This document shows, piece after piece, positions 1 to 15,184 of a DNA stretch of 64,000 bases. The notes under the pieces were generated by a model that saw only the letters and a list, made by a program, of their open reading frames with translations, had not been told where the DNA came from and searched no databases. Positions within the stretch are counted from its first letter, which is position 1; every line of letters begins with the position of its first letter. A program made the translations under genes and the position numbers. The DNA is from the human T2T-CHM13v2.0 reference genome, Homo sapiens, in NCBI RefSeq assembly GCF_009914755.1, contig NC_060926.1; one strand, 5' to 3'.

Positions 1-1545
1 TTCTACCCATATCTCTTTCTCCACATCCTCTTTTAGGCCAATAACTGTTAGAGTTGCCTTTTGGGGACTATTTTTTAGATCCTGTAGGCATACTTGTTTT
101 TTGTTATTTTTTTCTTTTGTCTCCTCTGACCGTGTATTTTCAAATACCCTGTCTTCAAGCTCACTAATTCCTTCCTTTGCTTGATCAATTCTAATATTAA
201 AGGACTCTAATGCATTCTTCAGTATGTCAGTTGCATTTTTCAGCACCAGAATTTCTGCTTGATTCTTTTTAATTATTTCAATCTCTTTGTTAAATTTATC
301 TGATAGAATTCTGAATTCTTTCTCTCTGTTATCTTGAATTTCTTTGGGTTTCCTCAACACAGCTATTTTGAATTCTCTGTCTGAAAGGTCACTATCTTTG
401 TTTCTCAAGGATTGGTTTCTGGTGCCTTATTTAGTTCATTTACTGAGGTCGTGTTTTCCTGGATGGTGTTAATGCTAGTACGTGTTCTTCAGTGTCTGGA
501 AATTGAAGAATTAGGTATTTATTGTAGTCTTCACTGTTGGGGCTTGTTTGTAGCTATCCTTCTTCAAAAGGCTTTCCAGATATTTGAAAGGACTTGGGTG
601 TTGTAATCTAAGCTGTGTCTGCTTGAGGGAGCACCCCAAGCCCAGTAACACTGTGGTTTTTGCAGACTCATAGAGGTACCTCCTTGATGGACTTGGTTAA
701 TATCCAGAAGAATTCTATTATATTCATCTATATGTCTATTCTTATTACATTACCACACTGTTTTGATAATTGTAGCTTTGTAGTAAGTTTTCAAATGGGA
801 AAATGTGAGTGCTGCAACTTTGTTTTTCCTTTTCAATATTGTTTGGGCTACTTAAGGCCCCTTGCAATTCCATGTGAATTTTAGGATTAGCTTGTCAACT
901 TTTATAAAAGACAGTTGTAGTTTGGACAGGGATTGTATTGAATCTGTACATCAATTTGGGGAGTATTGCCATCTTAATAATAGTAAGTTTTCAGATTCAT
1001 GAACACATGATGCCTTGCCATTTACATAGGTCTTAAATTTCTTTCAGCAATGTTTTTCAGTTTTCAGCATGAGTCTTGCATGTCTTTGATTCAATTTATT
1101 TCTACATATTTTATCATTTGCAATGCTATTATACATGGAATTGTTTTCTTTTTCATTTTTTGATTGTCCATTGCAAGTACATAGGAATACAACTGATTTT
1201 TGTGGGTTGATCATGTATCCTGTGACTTTGTTAATCTCATTTATTAGTTCTAATCATATTTTGTCAATTCTTTAAGATTTTTATATAAGATAATTTGATC
1301 TATGAATACAGATAGTTTTACTTCTTCCTTTCCAACCTGGATACATTTTATCTCCTTTTCTTGACTAATTTCCCTGGTTTGAAATTTCAGTACAATATCA
1401 AATTGAAGTGGCAAGATCAGACATACTTACTTTATTTCTAATCTTAGCAGGAAAGTTTTCAGGCTTTCAGCATGGAGTATGATGTTAGCTATGGGTTTTT
1501 CATATGCCCTTCATCAGGTTGAAGACGTTTTCTTCTATTCCTAGT
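1..1545 (-). mobile_element. Old L1M-type LINE fragments (ORF1-like then ORF2-like), host of the younger L1PA insertion
   Basis: T-rich sequence with degenerate L1 antisense motifs (e.g. attgtattgaatctgtacatcaatttggggagtattgccatctt). The host resumes after the target-site duplication (TSD) at 7733. Confidence 0.7.
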
Positions 1546-1788
1546 TTGTTTAATGTTTTTATTTTTTTAAGTTCTTTTTTTATTATTATACTTTAAGTTT
1601 TAAGGTACATGTGCACAACATGCAGGTTAGTTACATATGTATACATGTGCCATGTTGGTGTGCTGCACCATTAACTTGTCATTTAACATTAGGTATATCT
1701 CCTAATGCTATCCCTCCCCACTCCCTCCACCCCACAACAGGCCCCGGTGTGTTATGTTCCCCTTCCTGTGTCCGTGTGTTCTCATTGT

Positions 1789-5629
<3,841 letters not shown>

Positions 5630-5692
5630 TATGATGTTAGCTGGTTATTTTGCTCTTTAGTTGATGCAGTTTCTTCCTAGCCTCAATGGTCT

Positions 5693-6708
5693 TTACAATT
5701 TGGCATGTCTTTGCAGTGGCTGGTACCAGTTGTTCCTTTCTATGTTTAGTGCTTCCTTCAGGAGCTCTTTTAGGGCAGGCCTGGTGGTGACAAAATCTCT
5801 CAGCATTTGCTTGTCTGTAAAGTATTTTATTTCTCATTCACTTATGAAGCTTAGTTTGGCTGGATATGAAATTCTGGGTTGAAAATTCTTTTCTTTAAGA
5901 ATGTTGAATATTGGCCCCCACTCTCTTCTGCCTTGTAGAGTTTCTGCTGAGAGATTAGCTGTTAGTCTGATGGGCTTCCCTTTGTGCGTAACCCGACCTT
6001 TCTCTCTGGCTGCCCTTAACATTTTTTCCTTCATTTCAACTTTGGTGAATCTGACAATTATATGTCTTGGAGTTGCTCTTCTCAAGGAGTATCTTTGTGG
6101 TGTTCTCTGTATTTCCTGAATTTGAATGTTGGCCTGCCTTGCTAGATTGGGGAAGTTTTCCTGGATAATATCCTGCAGAGTGTTTTCCAACTTGGTTCCA
6201 TTCTCCCTGTCACTTTCAGGTACAAAAATCAGACGTAGATTTGGTCTTTTCACATAGTCCCATATTTCTTGGAGGCTTTGTTCGTTTCTTTTTATTCTTT
6301 TTTCTCTAAACTTCTCTTCTCGCTTCATTTCATTCATTTGATCTTCCATCACTGATACCCTTTCTTCCAGTTGAGTGAATCGGCTACTGAGGCTTGTGCA
6401 TTCGTCACGTAGTTCTCGTGCCTTGGTTTTCAGCTCCATCAGGTCCTTTAAGGACTTCTCTGCATTGGTTATTTAGTTAGCCATTCGTGTAATTTTTTTT
6501 CAATGTTTTTAACTTCTTTGCCATGGGTTCGAACTTCCTCCTTTAGCTCGGAGTAGTTTGATCGTCTGAAGCCTTCTTCTCTCAACTCGTCAAAGTCATT
6601 CTCCATCCAGCTTTGTTCCATTGCTGGTGAGGATCTGCGTTCCTTTGGAGGAGGAGAGGCGCTCTGATTTTTAGAGTTTCCAGTTTTTCTGCTCTGTTTT
6701 TTCCCCAT
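5693..6708 (-). pseudogene. L1 ORF1 (RNA-binding chaperone), frameshifted
   Basis: MGKKQSRKTGNSKNQSASPPPKE (6469-6708) and the 201-aa piece 5834-6439 are L1 ORF1p in different frames. Confidence 0.93.
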
Positions 6709-7282
6709 CTTTGTGGTTTTATCTACCTTTGGTCTTTGATGATGGTGACATACAGATGGGGTTTTGGTGTGGATGTCCTTTCTGCTTGTTAGTTTTCCTT
6801 CTAACAGTCAGGACCCTCAGCTGCAGGTCTGTTGAAGTTTGCTGGAGGTCTACTGCAGACCCTGTTTGCCTGGGTATCAGCAGCAGAGGCTGCAGAACAG
6901 CAGATATTGGTAAACAGCAAATGTTGCTGCCTGATCATTCCACTGGAAGTTTTGTCTCAGAGGAGTACCCGGCCGTGTGAGGTGTCAGTCCGCCCCTACT
7001 TGGGGGTGCCTCCCAGTTGGGCTACTCGGGGGTCAGGGACCCACTTGAGGAGGCAGTCTGTCCATTGTCAGATCGCCAGCTGTGTGCTGGGAGAACCACT
7101 ATTCTCTTCAAAGCTGTCAGACAGGGACATTTAAGTCTGCAGAGGATTCTGCTGCCTTTTGTTTGGCTGTGCCCTCCCCCAGAGGTGGAGTCTACAGAGG
7201 CAGGCAGGCCTCCTTGAACTGCGGTGGGCTCCACCCAGTTCGAGCTTCCTGGCTGCTTTGTTTACGTACTCAAGCTTCGGCA

Positions 7283-7357
7283 ATGGCGGGCGCCCCTCCC
7301 CCAGCCTCACTGCTGCCTTGCAGTTTGATCTCAGACTGCTGTGCTAGCAATGAGTGA
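7283..7357 (+). pseudogene. L1 antisense ORF0, truncated after 24 codons
   Basis: MAGAPPPASLLPCSLISDCCASNE* matches the N-terminus of primate L1 ORF0 and ends at a premature TGA. Confidence 0.85.
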
Positions 7358-7732
7358 GGCTCCATGGGCATAGGACTCTCCAAGCCATGCGCGGGATATA
7401 ATCTCCTGGTGTGCCGTTTGCTAAGACTGTTGGAAAAGCACAGTATTAGGGTGGGAGTGACCCAATTTTCCAGGTGCCGTCCATCACCCCTTTCTTTGAC
7501 TAGGAAAGGGAATTCCCTGACCCCTTGTGCTTCCCGGGTGAGGCGATGCCTCGCCCTGCTTCGGCTCACTCTCGGTGCGCTGCACCCACTGTCCTACACC
7601 CACTTTCTGACACTCCCCAGTGAGACGAACCCAGTACCTCAGTTGGAAATGCAGAAATCACCTGTCTTCTGTATCGCTCACGCTGGGAGCTATAGACTGG
7701 AGCTGTTCCTATTCCTTGTTTAATGTTTTTAT

Positions 7733-9200
7733 AATGAAAGAGTGATGGATTTTTATCAGATGCTTTTTCCTGCATATATTGAGTTGATCATGCTGTCTTT
7801 TTTCCCTCTTCTTCTGTTAATATGATGTATTACATTTATGATTTTTTTATGTTGAAATACTTTTACATTCCTGTGATGAATCATACTTACCCATGGTGTA
7901 TAATCCTTTGAATATACTGCTGGATTCAGTTTGCTAGTATTTCTGATTTTATTTCATGTGGTCAGAAAAGATATTTTGTATGATTGCAGAATTTTAAAAT
8001 GTATTGAGACTTGTTTTGTGACCTAACACATGGTCTTTCCCAGAGAATGTTTCATGTGCCCTTGAAAAGAAAGTGTTTTCTGTTTTTTTGGGGGGTGGGA
8101 CATTTTATAGATGTTTTTCAGGCGTGTTTGTTTTATAGTGTTTCTCAATTATTCTATTTCCTTATTAATCTTTTCTATAGTCCCTTAGTCAATTTGGTGT
8201 GACTATAATGGAATATATAACACAGGCTGGATAATTCATAAAGAACAAAGATTTATTTCTTACAGTTCTGGAGGCTGGGAAGTCCAAAGTTGAGAGGCCA
8301 GTGGCATCTGGTAAGGGACCTCATGTTGCATTCCCCCATGATGGAAGATGGAAGGGCAAGAGAATATATGAGAGAACAAGAGAGGGTCCAACTCACTTTT
8401 ATAACAAGCCTTCTCAATAACTACCCTACTCCCAAGAAAACGACATGAATCCATTCATGAGGTCTCTGCATTACGTCTCCATTTTGACCTAATCACCTCT
8501 TATTAGGCCCCACCTCTCAACACTGTTGCATTGAGGATTAATTTTCCAACATATGAACTTCAGGGGACACATTCAAACCATAGCAATGGTTTTTCTATCA
8601 TTACTGAAAGCTAGAATCTTCAACTGCTGTTGTTGAATTGTCTATTTCTCCCTTCGATTCTGTTGGTTATTACTTCATATGTTTTGGGACTGTGTTTTTA
8701 GGTGAACATATGTTTTAATTGTTCTAGCTTCTTGATGGATTGACTCTTTTCATAACCTTTATCTCTCATCACAATTTTTGTCTTAAAGTCTATTTTGTTT
8801 AATATTAGCATAGCCACTGCCACTTTCTTTTGCTTACAGTATGCATGAAATATCTTTTTTCCTTTATTTTAACCTATCCTGTTTTTGAATCTAAAGTATG
8901 TCTCTTATAGACAATGTGTATTTGAGTCATGTTTTTTATTCATTCTGCCTTTTAACTGATAGGTTTAATCAATTTCCATTTAATGTAATTACTGATGAGG
9001 AAGGACTTACTTTTGACATTTTGTATTTGTTTTCTATATGTTATTTTTCAATTCTTTCACTATTGCCTTCTTTTGTATGAGGTAGATTTTTTTAAGTGTA
9101 CCATTTTGGTTCACTTTTTATCTATTTTTTTTTAGTTATTTTCTTAGTGGTTGCCCTGTGATTACAATTAACATCTTAATTTATAATTAATTAAGTTTTT
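7733..9200 (-). mobile_element. Old L1M fragments (continuation of host), interrupted by a MaLR LTR
   Basis: Degenerate L1 ORF2 antisense text (ggattttatcagatgctttttcctgcatatattgag..., gtcttaaagtctattttgtttaatattagcatagccac). Confidence 0.65.
8178..8585 (-). mobile_element. ERVL-MaLR solo LTR (MST/MLT1A-like)
   Basis: Typical MaLR motifs: atttatttcttacagttctggaggctgggaagtcc ... gacctaatcacctct ... ggggacacattcaaaccatagca. Confidence 0.8.
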
Positions 9201-10294
9201 CTTCCTGTAAGTGGACCATACTTTCTTTGTTTGCATGTCTCATACTTTTGGTTGAAAATTGGATATTGGATATGTTGAATATTATAATATGGTAACTCTG
9301 GAAATCAGATTCTCCTGCCTTCTAAGAATTTGTTGTTTCTGCCTGTTGTAGGTTGTATTTGTTTGTTGCTGACTTTTGTAAACTATTATTTAAAGACTGT
9401 ATGCTTTGTCACATGTGGTTACTGAAATCTCTAAAGTCACTGAAGTCTTACAACTTTTGTGGAAGGATGGACTTTTAGAGTTCCTTACTCTACCATTTTT
9501 GCTAATGTTATTCCCATAATTACTTTTAAATTTTATATTGTCATTATCCTTGAACATTTCATAAATATTTTATGTATTCTATATTTAAGAGTTCTAATAT
9601 ATAATGTGTTTGCCTTTTAAGTCTTGTTTATTCTGCTAACTCTTGTTTGGAGTGGCTTGTTTTCTTGTATGCTTGGGTTTTTTTTAATTGTAAATTTATA
9701 TTTGGCTGAAACTAACTTGTGAGAATTCTAAGGACTCAGAGTTGATGATGCCTTTCTCTTCATGGGTATTTCCTAGTAGCTTGCATTTTTTTCCCCAGAC
9801 CACATAGGTAGTGTAAATGAAAAACCCAGAACTAGTTTTGTCTATACTCATAAATTCCTGGGGGAGACTATTATATTTTTAACAATTTTTTCCCACCTGG
9901 ATCTACAGGTAGAAATATGCTGGTTTTCCTGTAGGTTTTTGTCACTGCCAGTTTTTTCCTAGTCCAACCTATTACTGAGGGGATAATTCTTCCAACAGTC
10001 TCAGATGTGTGTGGCAACTGTAGTTTGCTCTTCCATTTTGTGTAGACTCAAGCAAGGCCTAGTCTTCCATTTCTCCTCAGCATTAATCCCTGAAGCTATA
10101 TGTTCTTTGTATAGGCATTTGTACCCACAGCACCCACAGCTTCCATGTTATTTATTGCTCTGGTTTCATCTGATTATTATTTTGACACTTGAGGATTCCC
10201 TTATTTCTGTGAGCCCTGCTATACTCCACTATATATCCAGAAGCAGAATTCTATGATTCAATAATCTTGGGCTCAAATTCATATAGAAATTTAA

Positions 10295-10680
10295 GTTGAT
10301 GGATCTGGATTTGTATCTCAGCTCTGCCACTTACTACCTCTGAAGTGACTTGGGAAAGTCACACAACCTCTTTAAGCCTCAATTTCCTATCTGTGGAATA
10401 GGTATAATAATACCTCTAACATAAGGTTATTGCAATGATTAGTGGAATAGCACCCATCACAAATGGCCTGGTATATAAATCTTAACCTAATGCTAAAAAA
10501 ATTTTAACTGCATTTCCTTTTACTATTAAAGATGTGAACTTGTGAGTAACCATTTGTAACCTACTTCTTTAGCTGTGAAATGGGAATTTCATGTTTGTTA
10601 GCAGTACTTAAGAAAATGAATGGGAAATATAAAGCACAGTACTTGGCACATAAGAAACAACCAATGAAATGTAACAATTA
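10295..10680. mobile_element. MIR SINE fragments
   Basis: MIR core motifs ctctgccacttact ... gtgacttgggaaagtcac ... aagcctcaatttcctatctgt. Confidence 0.7.
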
Positions 10681-10880
10681 TCTATAAGAACTATAAAAAT
10701 AGCAGGCTATACACAAAGCTGCTACATTGATTTAGTAAGTGGTCAGTTGATAATGAAGATAACATCTTGCCACATTAAAAAATAAGCTTGGAGAGATTTG
10801 ATGAGTAGTGTTTCATATAGTAATATCTTTGTAAAACTATGTCTGTGTCTTCCAATCCTCCCACCCCCACTTCACCACAG

Positions 10881-10881
<1 letters not shown>

Positions 10882-10928
<47 letters not shown>
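10882..10928. repeat. (CA)23 microsatellite
   Basis: Pure CA run read directly. Confidence 0.97.
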
Positions 10929-10930
<2 letters not shown>

Positions 10931-12449
10931 CTTAGCTTTTGGAATGCTTTCAGCTGCACATGGTAACAGTTGTGTACAATCCACCTTAATCTAAAAAAGG
11001 GAGTCTAGGATTGAGGAGCAATAGATTTGTCTCCATTGCATAAACTTTGAAGGGAACAGATTAAAATTTTCACTGCACATCTGAAATGAAATCTATTCTG
11101 AGGATGTGTCTAACATTGCTTGTTATTATAACTTTATGCTTCGATGTACTGAGTTGGCTTTGAATTTCTTTTTCCATTATTAGTTTATATCAATGATTGC
11201 ATTTTACTAGCTGACTAGTTTTGTGTGTATTTTTCATCTCTGGGGAATTAATCTTTATTTTGTCTACATTTGAAGTTTTTCAGAATTTTTAAAATTTTTT
11301 CTAAACTGACTTTACTCTCTTGCTGTTTCCAGTTTCTCATTAGGGATTGGGAGATCTGCATTCTAGTTTTGTCTGTGGCACAACTAGCTGCCTGACCTGG
11401 AGTAAAGCACTTGCTTTCTCTGGGCTTCAGTTCCCTTACAAATCAAATAGGGGAGTTGGACTATGTGACCTGTAATCTCCATTTTAGCTCTATCTGTGAT
11501 TTAGAGAATCATACTACCATATCAAATACATAACTGAATATGTTAAGATTGAGAAGATGCAGGCTGTGAGTACAATAATGTAAAGAACTTCACATAGAGC
11601 AAGAAACAAATATCAAGGTAACAAAGAGCAACCGAAAAGAGCAAAAGAAAATGATGATTATGTCATTTTGGAGACAAGGTTGAAAACCAGAGCTCCTCCA
11701 TGTGGTGTAAGGATTCATCAAGACAGGTGAAAGGATTTCTTCCCCTGATCAGTAACTGGGATAAGGCATCCCGAGTAAGCAACAGGCCCTGGCCTTCGAT
11801 GGGGTCGCTCCATACAAAATTAGCAACAGTCACTTGGGAACTTAAGTGAGATTAAACGCCAGAATAAGATCCAGGGTCTGCTTTGGTAGAAGGGGCACGG
11901 GAACCAAGTAATACGGGCTCATCCTATGCCTGACACCTAGGTTACCTTCCAAGTGGAAAAGGACATTAGTTGGAAGGCCACAGTGGAGTTTAAGGGAAGA
12001 GGAGGCCACATTTCTTGAGCCTTAAGACACTCGGGAGGAGGTTGGCGGGTAGGGCAGGGATGCAGAGTGGTTGCTTCCTTGGAGAGTGGGACCTCATTTG
12101 TCTACACAACCCACATTCCTCTCCTGAAATTCTCGACTCTTTCGGATAAATTTCTATTAAAGTGAACGTCAAGTCAGTCTTACGCCTCTTGAAGGAAAAC
12201 AGAAAAGAAATTCCTGTAAGAGGTTGAGATGGGTGTGAGTGGTCGATAAGCAACGAAGCAAACAGAATTAAACACCTCCTTTGGCTGCTCTGCCTACACC
12301 TCCTGGCACAGTACTCAATTCCCAGCGCAGAGGAGGAACCAGGCTGTGCGGCTTCTCCAACAATCAGCGAAGTAGGAAATGTTTCGGAGACACTAATTGG
12401 CTCGATTGCCTGGCGCGCTCCTGGACCGAAAGCTGTGGCTGGTTGAGGC

Positions 12450-12518
12450 GTTGCCTGGCGACGTGTTACTCAGTGGCGCAGTGCTTCCGTAGAGGCCAGC
12501 TGGTTGCTACGCAGCAAC
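12450..12518. promoter_or_regulatory. RFX X-box-like motifs
   Basis: GTTGCCTGGCGAC (12450-12462) and the inverted half-sites GTTGCT-acgc-AGCAAC (12503-12518) resemble the RFX consensus GTTNCC-N0-3-RGYAAC. Confidence 0.7.
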
Positions 12519-12611
12519 AGGAAACATTCCGCGCTACCGAGTACTTTCTACTCCCGACCAGGCATTGCTCTCTCTGGAGACCCTCGGCGGTGGTTGCTGT
12601 ATTTTGACTTG
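12480..12611 (+). other. DNAH6: DNAH6 non-coding exon 1 (5' end approximate)
   Basis: No ATG in this segment. It ends at a consensus donor GTGAGT, and the next acceptor (13846) precedes the start codon by 8 nt. Confidence 0.7.
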
Positions 12612-12834
12612 GTGAGTCCTGGGAACCGACCCTCGGGCCTGGGCTCCGATTTCTGGGCCAGAAACAAAGCCTGACTTTCGGAGAACATAAAGGCTCAAAG
12701 AGGCAGAGAAAATCAATGGAAAGGCATTTCAGTGATTGTCTGCTATCCGCCCATCATTTTAGAGGGGTGGAAAGTGAGCAATAGCGATATCAAAAGACTT
12801 GTCCAAGATCTCACGCTGAGTGGTCAAATCTGGA

Positions 12835-13115
12835 CCTGCGCTGTTAAATACGGTAATCTTTAGACCTCGTGTGGCTAGTCTGAATTGAAATGTGCTCATA
12901 TGTAAAAAGCACACTGGATTTTGAAGGCGTGGTACCAAAAGACAACATAAGATATCACTATAATTTTTATACTGTGTGTTCAAATGATTATGTTTTGTAT
13001 ATGGTAAATAAAACATATTATTAAAATTAATCTCACCTATTTCTTTTTTAAAAATGCTATTGCTTGAAAATTAAAATTGCATACAAAGCTCTCATATTTC
13101 TATTGGCCAGCACTG
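12835..13115. mobile_element. MER3/MER33-like hAT-Charlie MITE
   Basis: Ends ctgcgctgttaaatacggta ... atttctattggccagcactg, with internal acactggattttgaag. Confidence 0.65.
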
Positions 13116-13854
13116 ATCTATATAAAACCTAGGTCTGCCGACACCTGATTCAAGACCTCTTGTGCTAACCCTATTTTGGAAGGTGTTTCGAAGTATCTCC
13201 ACTCATCTAATGGGGTGAAAGTGTGCGTGGTGGTGCAGAGTGCAAGACCATTACAAAAGGCTCATATTTCTAGTGTTTTAGGACCTTGCTACTCAAAGTG
13301 TATGAATCAGAACCTTCATTTTAACAAGCTCTGCAAGTGATTGTCCTGCACGTTAAAGCTCCAGAAGCACTGTGTAAGAAATTAGCCCTCAATTCTTTTT
13401 TTTCCCTTTGTTTCTTCTTGAGTACCTATACTGTATTTTTCAGACTGCGTGTACTAGAATTAGCTGCATTTTGAACAAGTTCCGCAGGAGATGAGAAACA
13501 TTGATCTCAATACTAATTACATTTCCTTTTGTCCTTCCAAATCTAGACCAGTGTGGTCTCCAGATGAGCAGCAGCAGCAGCATCCGCCAAGAACTTGCAA
13601 GAAATGCAAATTCCTGGGTTCCACCCTAGCTACAGGGGTTCTTGAAGCCTAGGCACAGTTTCTAATTTTTTATTCCTTTGGTTCAAGTCCTCAGTTCGGG
13701 AAGACTGGGGTAACTTTGATGGGTTTTATTTGAGGGAAGTGAGCGAATTCAACTCTTCCTAGTCCTTAAGTCCCTCTCCAGTAGCCTCCTTCCCCAATCC
13801 TTTTGATCTACTTTTCATTTTCTTTTTCCTCACCTATTCTTTTCAGGAGTAAGG

Positions 13855-14079
13855 ATGACTTTTCGGGCCACAGATAGTGAATTTGACCTGACAAATATTG
13901 AAGAGTATGCCGAAAATTCTGCACTTTCAAGACTGAATAATATAAAAGCCAAACAAAGAGTGAGTTATGTGACATCCACAGAAAATGAATCTGATACACA
14001 AATCCTAACGTTTAGGCACATTACAAAAGCTCAGGAGAAGACAAGAAAACGACAGCAGCCTATAAAACTAGAGCCTTTG
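13855..14079 (+). CDS. DNAH6: DNAH6 exon 2, coding part (aa 1-75; exon starts 13847)
   Basis: Acceptor ttttcag at 13846, ATG with A at -3, MTFRATDSEF...PIKLEPL, donor TTG|GTAAGT. Recognised as the N-terminus of dynein axonemal heavy chain 6. Confidence 0.93.
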
Positions 14080-14927
14080 GTAAGTTCAAAAACCATTGTT
14101 TTAGCCTCTGTAGCCACAGAGGAAGTTGTAAAATTGCTTTGGAGGATAGAAGTCATGTCCAGACTCTGAACTGACAAAGAAGGAATGAAAAGCTAAAAGA
14201 TAATAACTGCTTATGTAGTTGTAAATACGGTAAATATTTATTAAACAAATATTAAGTTCTAGGCACTGTTTAAGTTGAAGGATACAGTGGTGAACAAAGT
14301 TTTCAGGCAGATAAGTCCTCTCTAGGATTATGTACAATACAGATACTTAACTATGTATGCTATTAGGCACTTTTAGATATTAGGGTACCATTTAACACTG
14401 AGAAGTTTAGCAAATGTTATATTTAGTTATATAGTTTTATTATTTTCAAAGTACATGCCTTTGTATTTAAAAAATTGTGTGCATGTTGAAAATACTTAAT
14501 TTTTAGAAACCATTTATGCCCTTGGATAATTATAAACGCATGTAAAGAGCAGTGAAAGCGAAAAAATTAAAAAGTAAAAGTTGTCCTCTCCACCATTAGA
14601 CGTTAGCTACATCTATTTCTCTCTGACGTATTTGCCTTCACTTGACAAAAGTGTATCACTAACCGTTGATGATTAAAGTTGTTTAATTTGTCACCAATGC
14701 CATCTACTCATGTATATTAAAAGTTTGTTATGTGCGTACTCTGTGCCAGGGTTTGAGCCATGCTCTGAGGAATGAACAAAGCAAATGAACAAATATAAAT
14801 GAACAAAATAAACAAATATAAATGAACAAAAATGAACAAAGCAGACAAGATTCCTGTTGACATTCTAGTAATTCTAAATAAGCAGACTGAACAATTTCAC
14901 CTAGTGATAGTAACTATTTAAAAAATA

Positions 14928-15092
14928 AGCCAAACGCATGGGCTCATGCCTGTAATCTTAGCACTTTGGGAGGCAAAGGGAGAGGGTCATTGAGCCCAGG
15001 AGGTAGAGGCTGCAGTAAGCTGTGCTTATACCACTGCACTCCAGCCTGGGTGACAGAGTGAGATCCTATCTCTAAAAAAAGAAAAGAAAAGA
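14928..15092 (+). mobile_element. Alu monomer (FLAM/FAM-like)
   Basis: ggctcatgcctgtaatcttagcactttgggagg ... ccactgcactccagcctgggtgacagagtgaga with an A-rich tail; single arm. Confidence 0.8.
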
Positions 15093-15184
15093 GCACATGG
15101 ACTATGGTAGAGACTCAGAAGAGACTGCTTTAGATTGGGTGACTAGAAAGGTCTCTCTGAGGAGATTTTATCTGAACAAGTCTC

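Larger units (their letters stand above)
12340..12680 (+). promoter_or_regulatory. DNAH6: DNAH6 CpG-rich promoter / transcription start region
   Basis: A local concentration of CpGs in otherwise CpG-poor DNA, with a reverse CCAAT box (ATTGG 12396-12400) and X-box motifs, followed by a strong donor TTG|GTGAGT at 12611/12612. Confidence 0.8.

Noticed and set aside
12281-12607. 108-aa ORF over the promoter
   Set aside because: It starts at TTG, has no recognisable protein similarity, and is explained by GC-rich promoter sequence.
14080-14169. C-terminal extension of the 104-aa ORF at 13855
   Set aside because: This is intron read-through past a consensus GTAAGT donor; the spliced frame continues in exon 3.
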